From: Balanoglossus misakiensis
Taxonomy: Eukaryota; Animalia; Hemichordata
NCBI GenBank assembly: GCA_040954595.2
Contig: CM082586.2
Coordinates: 11,997,337 to 12,061,336 of the forward strand
Reading direction: 5' to 3'
DNA length: 64,000 nt
Of the stretch, positions 35,140-46,600 are shown one piece after another. The notes under the pieces are model-generated. The model did no database searches. It saw only the letters and a program-made list of their open reading frames with translations, and was not told where the DNA came from. How positions within the stretch are numbered: the stretch's first letter is position 1; every line of letters starts with the position of its first letter. Both the position numbers and the translations under genes were made by a program.

Positions 35140-37460
35140 GCAGGTGTCATAGGTGACCCAAAACTTTGGCTTTTCATTATAGCCCCATACCTCCAAACGC
35201 CAAGATTGTACCTGCTGTGGATGTCGAGATATGCGAAAGTAGGTCAAAGGTCACCAGAGGTCACCCAACATTTGGGCAAAAAATTTTGATCCCATACTGG
35301 TCCATGTCCAACAAAAACCAAATCTCTAGCTCTATTGGTTCGCCTGTAATTAGCTATGCATATAATTAATGAGGTCAGCAGAGGTCAAAGGGGTCATGAA
35401 AAGTAGCAAAATATTTCAATCACACACTCATCCACATGCATCAAAAACCAAACGTCTAGCCCTATAGGTCAGCCAGAAATTAGATATGCAGAAATAATAA
35501 CACGTAAAAAATAGTAGGTCAAAGGTCATGCGAAAAAGTCGCCAAAAATTTGTAACATATTTTAGTCACATGAAGATTGATATCCATCAAAAGAATTTGT
35601 ATGCTATCATTTTTTAGACTAGGATAAGGAATTCAAATTTTTCACTGCTTTTTACAAAATCCAATATGGCCGCCATAATCTTCGACCAATCACAATGCTC
35701 TTTGAAAACTTGATAGACATCAGTGCAGTGACCATACTCCCCGAACCTTGCGACTCAGTTATCGCCCATTCTGGAGAAGAAGATTTTTGGAGTTTTACTA
35801 TGGTTTTTCGAAAATCCAATATGGCCGCCATAATCTTCGACCAATCACAATGATCTTCGCAAACTTGATAGACATCAGATAGGTGACCACATACCCCAAA
35901 CCCCGTGTCTCTGTTATCACCGGTTCTGGAGAAGAAGATTTTTGAAATTTAAGCCGGATTTCAGAAAAAAAATTGTAGCAAAAAAACTGCAACATTGACA
36001 GCAAAATATCCACCTACAAAAATGATGGGTAGAAGGTATACTACCTGCACACCGAATTTGAAGTCGATCTGACTTGTAGTTTCTGAGATCTGAGATTTGC
36101 ATTTTTTCAGAAAATCCAATATGGTCGCCAGGTCACGTGACTAATTAAAAATTCACAGGTTCAATGCACATCTACTAATTGACCTTGACCACTGTAGCAA
36201 GTTTGAGAAGTGTACCTGCAGCAGTGTCTGAGATCTAGAGGTCACCCAGAGGTCACCCACAAAACCAAAAACCTTTTGGTTAGCCCGGAATTAGGTATGC
36301 ACATAAATAATGAGTTAAGCAGGTGTCACCCGTGACCCAAAATTTTGGCTTTTCATTATGGCCCCATACCTCCAAATGCCAAGGCTGTATCTGCTGTGGA
36401 TTTCGAGATATGCAAAAGTAGGTCAAAGGTCACCCGAGGTCACCCAACATTTGGGCAAAATATTTTTACCCCATACTGGTCCATGTATAACAAAAACAAA
36501 ACCTCTAGGTCTATTGGTTAATCTGTAATTAGGTATGTGCATATTTAATGAGGTCAGCAGAGGTCAAAGGGGTCATGAAAAGTAGCAAAAAATTTTTATC
36601 ACATACAAATCCACATACATCAAAAACCAAACTTATAGCCCTATTGGTTAGCCTGGAATTAGATATGCAGAAAAATGATGCATCAAAAGTAGGTCAAAGG
36701 TCATTGCCAAAATTACCAAAATATTTATAGCTTATTCTTGTCCTATGATGATTCATATCCATTAAAAGAATTTCTGTACTATCAATTTTTAGGCTAGAAA
36801 GGGAATTTTTTCTTTTTAATCGTTTTTCACAAAATCCAATATGGCCGCCATAATCTTCGACCAATCACATTCCCCTTCGCAAACTTGTTAGACATCTGTT
36901 TAATGACCACACACACCAAATCTTGTGACTCAGTTATCGCCGGTTCTTGAGAAGAAGATTTTTGAAATTTTACTAGGGTTTTTCGAAAATCCAATATGGC
37001 CGCCATAATCTTCGACCAATCACAATGATCTTCGCAAACTTGATAGACCTCAGTTAGGTGACCCCATACCCAAAACCGCGTGACTCGGTTATTGCCGGTT
37101 CTGGAGAAGAAGATTTTTGAAATTTTGACCAGATTTCAGAAAAAAAATTGTAGCAAAAAAACTGCAACTTTGTCAGCATAATTTCCAATTACAAAAATGA
37201 TTGACAGAAAGTAGTCTACCTGCACGCCAAATTTGAAGTCGATCTGACTTGTAGTTTCTGAGATCTGAGATTTGCATTTTTTCAGAAAATCCAATATGGC
37301 CGCCAGGTCACGTGACTAATTAAAAATTCATGGGTTCAATGCACGACTACTCATTGACCTTGACCACTGTAGCAAGTTTGAAAACTGTACCTGCAGTGGT
37401 GTCTGAGATCTAGAGCGACAAAGAATTGACATAAGAATAAAGAAAGAAAGAAAGACTGAA
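35140..37460. repeat. Right subterminal block of element C: two tandem copies of a ~1.15-kb modular unit
   Basis: Copy 1 (~35140-36240) ends GAGATCTAGAG; copy 2 (~36300-37395) ends GAGATCTAGAGCG and is followed by (GAAA)n. Both are direct repeats of the left block and of element B. Confidence 0.85.
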
Positions 37461-37478
37461 AAATACCAACGAAACCAA

Positions 37479-37620
37479 TAGGGCCCAAGCCTGGCTTGGC
37501 TTGGGCCCTAAAAACCCCAACGAAACCAATAGGGCCCAAGCGCTGGTATGCGCTTGGGCCCTAAATATTCCAACAATAACAATGGGGGCACAAGCCGCCT
37601 GAGGGCGCTTGTGCCCCCAA
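37479..37620. repeat. Three stacked terminal hairpins (right ends of C, B and A)
   Basis: 13-bp stem/6-nt loop at 37479-37510; 14-bp stem/6-nt loop at 37530-37563; 13-bp stem/11-nt loop at 37583-37619. Each is preceded by a homologous 18-nt A/C-rich spacer. Confidence 0.93.
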
Positions 37621-40600
37621 CAAATATGGAAAGAGTTATGCTGGAATGTTGTAAGGGATAGATTAATATTGCAAATAATTTAATTTCTTACATCATAAAA
37701 TGAATTCAAAGAATGGTCACATAACAGGATATGTTTTACTAAAAAGACTTATGTATAGTTTCAAGGCTTTGTTTGGAATAACGAATTCTCTCCAAGATTT
37801 AAGTTGAACAGTTACAGAATGAAAACAAATATTCAAATAGTTATGCTGGAATGTTGTAAGGGATAGTTTAATATTGCAAATAATTTAATTTCTTACATCA
37901 TAAATGAAATTCAAAGAATGGTCAAATAACGGGCCATGTTTTACTAAAAAGACTTAATATGTATAGTTGAAGGCTTTGTTTTGGAATAACGAATTCTCTA
38001 CAAGATTTAAGTGGAACAGTCACAGAATGAAAACAAATATGGAAAGAGTTATGTCGGAATGTTGTAAGGGATAGATTAATATTGCAAATAATTTAATTTC
38101 TTACAGCATAAATGGAATTCAAAGAATGGTCACATAACGGGCCATGTTTTACTAAAAAGACTTATGTATAGTTTCAAGGATTTGTTTTGGAATAACGAAT
38201 TCTCTCCAAGATTTAAGTTGAACAGTTACAGAATGAAAACAAATATGGAAAGAGTTATGCTGGAATGTTGTAAGGGATAGATTAATATTGCAAATAATTT
38301 AATTTCTTACATCATAAATGGAATTCAAAGAATGGTCACATAACGGGCCATGTTTTACTAAAAAGACTTATGTATAGTTTCAAGGCTTTGTTTTGGAATA
38401 ACGAATTCTCTCCAAGATTTAAGTTGAACAGTTACAGAATGAAAACAAATATTCAAATAGTTATGCTGGAATGTTGTAAGGGATAGTTTAATATTGCAAA
38501 TAATTTAATTTCTTACATCATAAATGAAATTCAAAGAATGGTCAAATAACGGGCCATGTTTTACTAAAAAGACTTAATATGTATAGTTTGAAGGCTTTGT
38601 TTTGGAATAACGAATTCTCTACAAGATTTAAGTGGAACAGTCACAGAATGAAAACAAATATGGAAAGAGTTATGCCGGAATGTTGTAAGGAATAGATTAA
38701 AATTGCAAATAATTTAATTTCTTACATCATAAATGGAATTCAAAGAAACGTCACGTAACAGGATATGTATAGGTTCAAGAATTTGTGTTGAAATACCAAA
38801 TTCTCTACAAGATTTAAGTGGAACAGTTACAGAATGAAAACAAATATTCAAATAGTTATGCTGGAATGTTGTAAGGGATAGTTTAATATTGCAAATAATT
38901 TAATTTCTTACATCATAAATGAAATTCAAAGAATGGTCAAATAACGGGCCATGTTTTACTAAAAAGACTTAATATGTATAGTTGAAGGCTTTGTTTTGGA
39001 ATAACGAATTCTCTACAAGATTTAAGTGGAACAGTCACAGAATGAAAACAAATATGGAAAGCGTTATGCCGGAATGTTGTAAGGGATAGATAATTATTGC
39101 AAATAATTTAATTTCTTACATCATAAATGGAATTCAAAGAATGGTCACATAACGGGCCATGTTTTACAAAAAGACTTATGTATAGTTTCAAGGCTTTGTT
39201 TTGGAATAACGAATTCTCTACAAGATTTAAGTGGAACAGTCACAGAATGAAAACAAATATGGAAAGAGTTATGCCGGAATGTTGTAAGGAATAGATTAAA
39301 ATTGCAAATAATTTAATTTCTTACATCATAAATGGAATTCAAAGAATGGTCACATAACGGGCCATGTTTTACAAAAAGACTTATGTATAGTTTCAAGGCT
39401 TTGTTTTGGAATAACGAATTCTCTACAAGATTTAAGTGGAACAGTCACAGAATGAAAACAAATATGGAAAGAGTTATGCTGAAATGTTGTAAGGGATAGA
39501 TTAATATTGCAAATAATTTAATTTCTTACATCATAAATGGAATTCAAAGAATGGTCACATAACGGGCCATGTTTTACTAAAAAGACTTATGTATAGTTTC
39601 AAGGCTTTGTTTGGAATAACGAATTCTCTCCAAGATTTAAGTTGAACAGTTACAGAATGAAAACAAATATTCAAATAGTTATGCTGGAATGTTGTAAGGG
39701 ATAGATTAATATTGCAAATAATTTAATTTCTTACATCATAAATGGAATTCAAAGAAACGTCACGTAACAGGATATGTATAGTTTCAAGGCTTTATTTTGG
39801 AATAACGAATTCTCTACAAGATTTAAGTGGAACAGTCACAAAATGAAAACAAATATTCAAATAGTTATGCTGGAATGTTGTAAATGATAGTTTAATATTG
39901 CAAATAATTTAATTTCTTACATCATAAATGAAATTCAAAGAATGGTCACATAACGGGCCATGTTTTACCAAAAAGACTTATGTATAGTTTCAAGGTTTTG
40001 TTTTGGAATAACGAATTCTCTACAAGATTTAAGTGGAATAGTCACAGAATGAAAACAAATATGGAAAGAGTTATGCTGGAATGTTGTAAGGGATAGATTA
40101 ATATTGCAAATAATTTAATTTCTTACATTATAAAATGAATTCAAAGAATGGTCACATAACAGGATATATTTTACTAAAAAGACTTATGTTATAGTTTCAA
40201 GGCTTTGTTTTGGAATAACGAATTCTCTACAAGATTTAAGTGGAACAGTCACAGAATGAAAACAAATATGGAAAGAGTTATGCCGGAATGTTGTAAGGAA
40301 TAGATTAATATTGCAAATAATTTAACTTCTTACATCATAAATGGAATTCAAAGAAAGGTCACGTAACAGGATATGTATAGTTTCAAGCCTTTGTTTTGGA
40401 GTAACGAATTCTCTACAAGATTTAAGTGGAACAGTCACAGAATGAAAACAAATATGGAAAGAGTTATGCTGAAATGTTGTAAGGGATAGATTAATATTGC
40501 ATAAAATTTTTATTTCTTACATCATAAACGGAATTCAAAGAATGGTCACATAACTGGATATGTTTTACTAAAAAGACTTATGTATAGGTTCAAGAATTTG

Positions 40601-43600
40601 TGTTGAAATACCAAATTCTCTACAAGATTTAAGTGGAACAGTCACAGAATGAAAACAAATATGGAAAGAGATATGTCAGAATGTTGTAAGGGATAGATTA
40701 ATATTGCAAATAATTTAATTTCTTACATCATAAATGGAAATCAAAGAATGGTCACATAACGGGCCATGTTTTACCAAAAAGACTTATGTATAGTTTCAAG
40801 GTTTTGTTTTGGAATAACGAATTCTCTACAAGATTTAAGTGGAATAGTCACAGAATGAAAACAAATATGGAAATAGTTATGCTGAAATGTTGTAAGGGAT
40901 AGTTTAATATTGCAAATAATTTAATTTCTTACATCATAAATGAAATTCAAAGAATGGTCAAATAACAAGCCATGTTTTACTAAAAAGACTTATGTTATAG
41001 TTTCAAGGCTTTGTTTTGGAATAACGAATTCTCTACAAGATTTAAGTGGAACAGTCACAGAATGAAAACAAATATGGAAAGAGTTATGCCGGAATGTTGT
41101 AAGGAATAGATTAAAGTTGCAAATAATTTAATTTCTTACATCATAAATGGAATTCGAAGAAAGGTCACGTAACAGGATATGTATAGGTTCAAGAATTTGT
41201 GTTGAAATACCAAATTCTCTACAAGATTTAAGTGGAACAGTCACAGAATGAAAACAAATATGGAAAGAGTTATGTCGGAATGTTGTAAGGGATAGATTAA
41301 TATTGCAAATAATTTAATTTCTTACATCATAAATGGAATTCAAAGAATGGTCACATAACGGGCCATGTTTTACTAAAAAGACTTATGTATAGTTTCAAGG
41401 CTTTGTTTGGAATAACGAATTCTCTCCAAGATTTAAGTTGAAGAGTTACAGAATGAAAACAAATATTCAAATAGTTATGCTGGAATGTTGTAAGGGATAG
41501 ATTAATATTGCAAATAATTTAATTTCTTACATCATAAATGGAATTCAAAGAATGGTCACATAACGGGCCATGTTTTACTAAAAAGACTTGTGTATAGTTT
41601 CAAGGCTTTGTTTGGAATAACGAATTCTCTCCAAGATTTAAGTTGAACAGTTACAGAATGAAAACATATATTCAAATAGTTATGCTGGTATGTTGTAAGG
41701 GATAGTTTAATATTGCAAATAATTTAATTTCTTACATCATAAATGAAATTCAAAGAATGTTCACATAACGGGCCATGTTTTACTAAAAAGACTTAATATG
41801 TATAGTTTGAAGGCTTTGTTTTGGAATAACGAATTCTCTACAAGATTTAAGTGGAACAGTCACAGAATGAAAACAAATATGGAAAGCGTTATGCTGGAAT
41901 GTTGTAAGGGATAGATTAATATTGCAAATAATTTAATTTCTTACATCATAAAATGAATTCAAAGAATGGTCACATAACAGGATATGTTTTACTAAAAAGA
42001 CTTATGTTATAGTTTCAAGGCTTTGTTTTGGAATAACGAATTCTCTACAAGATTTAAGTGGAACAGTCACAGAATGAAAACAAATATGGAAAGAGTTATG
42101 CCGGAATGTTGTAAGGAATAGATTAAAGTTGCAAATAATTTAATTTCTTACATCATAAATGGAATTCGAAGAAAGGTCACGTAACAGGATATGTATAGGT
42201 TAAAGAATTTGTGTTGAAATACCAAATTCTCTACAAGATTTAAGTGGAACAGTCACAGAATGAAAACAAATATGGAAAGAGTTATGTCGGAATGTTGTAA
42301 GGGATAGATTAATATTGCAAATAATTTAATTTCTTACATCATAAATGGAATTCAAAGAATGGTCACATAACGGGCCATGTTTTACTAAAAAGACTTATGT
42401 ATAGTTTCAAGGCTTTGTTTGGAATAACGAATTCTCTCCAAGATTTAAGTTGAACAGTTAAAGAATGAAAACAAATATTCAAATAGTTATGCTGGAATGT
42501 TGTAAGGGATAGATTAATATTGCAAATAATTTAATTTCTTACATCATAAATGGAATTCAAAGAATGGTCACATAACGGGCCATGTTTTACTAAAAAGACT
42601 TGTGTATAGTTTCAAGGCTTTGTTTGGAATAACGAATTCTCTCCAAGATTTAAGTTGAACAGTTACAGAATGAAAACATATATTCAAATAGTTATGCTGG
42701 AATGTTGTAAGGGATAGTTTAATATTGCAAATAATTTAATTTCTTACATCATAAATGAAATTCAAAGAATGTTCACATAACGGGCCATGTTTTACTAAAA
42801 AGACTTATGTATAGTTTCAAGGTTTTGTTTTGGAATAACGAATTCTCTACAAGATTTAAGTGGAATAGTCACAGAATGAAAACAAATATGGAAAGAGTTA
42901 TGCTGGAATGTTGTAAGGGATAGATTAATATTGCAAATAATTTAATTTCTTACATCATAAAATGAATTCAAAGAATGTTCACATAACAGGATATATTTTA
43001 CTAAAAAGACTTATGTTATAGTTTCAAGGCTTTGTTTTGGAATAACGAATTCTCTACAAGATTTAAGTGGAACAGTCACAGAATGAAAACAAATATGGAA
43101 AGAGTTATGCCGGAATGTTGTAAGGAATAGATTAATATTGCAAATAATTTAATTTCTTACATCATAAATGGAATTCAAAGAAAGGTCACGTAACAGGATA
43201 TGTATAGTTTCAAGCCATTGTTTTGGAGTAACGAATTCTCTACAAGATTTAAGTGGAACAGTCACAGAATGAAAACAAATATGGAAAGAGTTATGCTGAA
43301 ATGTTGTAAGGGATAGATTAATATTGCATAAAATTTTTATTTCTTACATCATAAATGGAATTGAAAGAATGGTCACATAACTGGATATGTTTTACTAAAA
43401 AGACTTATGTATAGGTTCAAGAATTTGTGTTGAAATACCAAATTCTCTACAAGATTTAAGTGGAACAGTCACAGAATGAAAACAAATATGGAAAGAGTTA
43501 TGCCGGAATGTTGTAAGGAATAGATTAAAATTGCAAATAATTTAATTTCTTACATCATAAATGGAATTCAAAGAAACGTCACGTAACAGGATATGTATAG

Positions 43601-46600
43601 GTTCAAGAATTTGTGTTGAAATACCAAATTCTCTACAAGATTTATGTGGAACAGTCAGAGAATGAAAACAAATATGGAAAGAGTTATGTCGGAATGTTGT
43701 AAGGGATAGATTAATATTGCAAATAATTTAATTTCTTACATCATAAATGGAATTCAAAGAATGGTCACATAACGGGCCATGTTTTACTAAAAAGACTTAT
43801 GTATAGTTTCAAGGCTTTGTTTGGAATAACGAATTCTCTCCAAGATTTAAGTTGAACAGTTACAGAATGAAAACAAATATTCAAATAGTTATGCTGGAAT
43901 GTTGTAAGGGATAGTTTAATATTGCAAATAATTTAATTTCTTACATCATAAATGGAATTCGAAGAATGTTCACATAACGGGCCATGTTTTACTAATAAGA
44001 CTTATGTATAGTTTCAAGGTTTTGTTTTGGAATAACGAATTCTCTACAAGATTTAAGTGGAATAGTCACAGAATGAAAACAAATATGGAAAGAGTTATGC
44101 TGGAATGTTGTAAGGGATAGATCAATATTGCAAATCATTTAATTTCTTACATCATAAAATGAATTCAAAGAATGGTCACATAACAGGATATATTTTACTA
44201 AAAAGACTTATGTTATAGTTTCAAGGCTTTGTTTTGGAATAACGAATTCTCTACAAGATTTAACTGGAACAGTCACAGAATGAAAACAAATATGGAAAGA
44301 GTTATGCCGGAATGTTGTAAGGAATAGATTAATATTGCAAATAATTTAATTTCTTACATCATAAATGGAATTCAAAGAAAGGTCACGTAGGATATGTATA
44401 GTTTCAAGCCATTGTTTTGGAGTAACGAATTCTCTACAAGATTTAAGTGGAACAGTCACAGAATGAAAACAAATATGAAAAGAGTTATGCTGAAATGTTG
44501 TAAGGGATAGATTAATATTGCATAAAATTTTTATTTCTTACATGATAAATGGAATTCAAAGAATGGTCACATAACTGGATATGTTTTACTAAAAAGACTT
44601 ATGTATAGGTTCAAGAATTTGTGTTGAAATACCAAATTCTCTACAAGATTTAAGTGGAACAGTCACAGAATGAAAACAAATATGGAAAGAGATATGTCAG
44701 AATGTTGTAAGGGATAGATTAATATTGCAAATAATTTAATTTCTTACATCATAAATGGAATTCAAAGAATGGTCACATAACGGGCCATGTTTTACTAAAA
44801 AGACTTATGTATAGTTTCAAGGCTTTGTTTTGGAATAATGAATTCTCTCCAAGATTTAAGTTGAACAGTTACAGAATGAAAACAAATATTCAAATAGTTA
44901 TGCTGAAATGTTGTAAGGGATAGTTTAATATTGCAAATAATTTAATTTCTTACATCATAAATGAAATTCAAAGAATGGTCAAATAAGGGGCCATGTTTTA
45001 CTAAAAAGACTTAATATGTATAGTTTGAAGGCTTTGTTTTGGAATAACGAATTCTCTACAAGATTTAAGTGGAACAGTCACAGTTTGAAAACAAATATGG
45101 AAAGCGTTATGCTGGAATGTTGTAAGGGATAGATTAATATTGCAAATAATTTAATTTCTTACATCATAAAATGAATTCAAAGAATGGTCACATAACAGGA
45201 TATGTTTTACTAAAAAGACTTATGTTATAGTTTCAAGGCTTTGTTTTGGAATAACGAATTCTCTACAAGATTTAAGTGGAACAGTCACAGAATGAAAACA
45301 AATATGGAAAGAGTTATGCCGGAATGTTGTAAGGAATAGATTAATATTGCAAATAATTTAATTTCTTACATCATAAATGAAATTCAAAGAATGGTCAAAT
45401 AACGGGCCATGTTTTACTAAAAAGACTTATGTATAGTTTCAAGGCTTTGTTTGGAATAACGAATTCTCTCCAAGATTTAAGTTGAACAGTTACAGAATGA
45501 AAACAAATATTCATATAGTTATGCTGGAATGTTGTAAGGGATAGATTAATATTGCAAATAATTTAATTTCTTACATCATAAAATGAATTCAAAGAATGGT
45601 CACATAACAGGATATGTTTTACTAAAAAAACTTATGTATAGTTACAAGGCTTTGTTTTGGAATAACGAATTCTCTACAAGATTTAAGTGGAACAGTCACA
45701 GAATGAAAACAAATATGGAAAGAGTTATGCTGGAATGTTATAAGGGATAGATTAATATTGCAAATAATTTAATTTCTTACATCATAAAATGAATTCAAAG
45801 AATGGTCACATAACAGGATATGTTTTACTAAAAAGACTTATGTTATAGTTTCAAGGCTTTGTTTTGGAATAACGAATTCTCTACAAGATTTTAGTGGAAC
45901 AGTCACAGAATGAAAATAAATATGGAAAGCGTTATGCTGGAATGTTGTAAGGGATAGATTAATATTGCAAATAATTTAATTTCTTACATCATAAAATGAA
46001 TTCAAAGAATGGTCACATAACAGGATATGTTTTACTAAAAAGACTTATGTTATAGTTTCAAGGCTTTGTTTTGGAATAACGAATTCTCTACAAGATTTAA
46101 GTGGAACCGTCACAGAATGAAAACAAATATGGAAAGAGTTATGCCGGAATGTTGTAAGGAATAGATTAATATTGCAAATAATTTAATTTCTGACATCATA
46201 AATGGAATTCAAAGAATGGTCACGTAACAGGATATGTATAAGTTCAAGAATTTGTGTTGAAATACCAAATTCTCTACAAGATTTAAGTGGAACAGTCACA
46301 GAATGAAAACAAATATGGAAAGAGTTATGCTGAAATGTTGTAAGGGATAGATTAATATTGCAAATAATTTAATTTCTTACATCATAAATGGAATTCAAAG
46401 AATGGTCACATAACGGGCCATGTTTTACTAAAAAGACTTATGTATAGTTTCAAGGTTTTGTTTTGTAATAACGAATTCTCTACAAGATTTAAGTGGAATA
46501 GTCACAGAATGAAAACAAATATGGAAAGAGTTATGCTGGAATGTTGTAAGGGATACATTAATATTGCAAATAATTTAATTTCTTACATCATAAATTGAAT

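Larger units (their letters stand above)
16290..37511 (+). mobile_element. Element C: autonomous endonuclease-encoding Helentron (Helitron2/HLE2 group), ~21.2 kb
   Basis: Left terminus has a hairpin plus subterminal IR GGGCCCAAGC (16314-16323). Right terminal hairpin TAGGGCCCAAGCC-TGGCTT-GGCTTGGGCCCTA (37479-37510). Encloses an intact RepHel-endonuclease ORF. Inserted in an A run (TT on the other strand) without a long TSD. Strand given is that of the ORF. Confidence 0.92.
13400..37620. mobile_element. Composite nested Helentron/Helitron2-type insertion (elements A > B > C) in the satellite
   Basis: The satellite stops at ...GAATGAAAA (13399) and resumes in register at CAAATATGG (37621). Three left termini TTAAAGCTGCAAGCAGC at 13400, 14613 and 16290. 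Three right hairpin termini end at 37511, 37564 and 37620. Confidence 0.92.

Noticed and set aside
16290-37511. LTR retrotransposon interpretation of the long direct repeats
   Set aside because: No RT, integrase or gag, no TG...CA ends and no 4-6-bp TSD; the protein is a Rep/helicase.
37479-37620. CRISPR-like repeat-spacer appearance, or intrinsic terminators
   Set aside because: Eukaryotic context with no cas genes. The spacers are homologous to each other, and each hairpin is explained as the terminus of a nested element.
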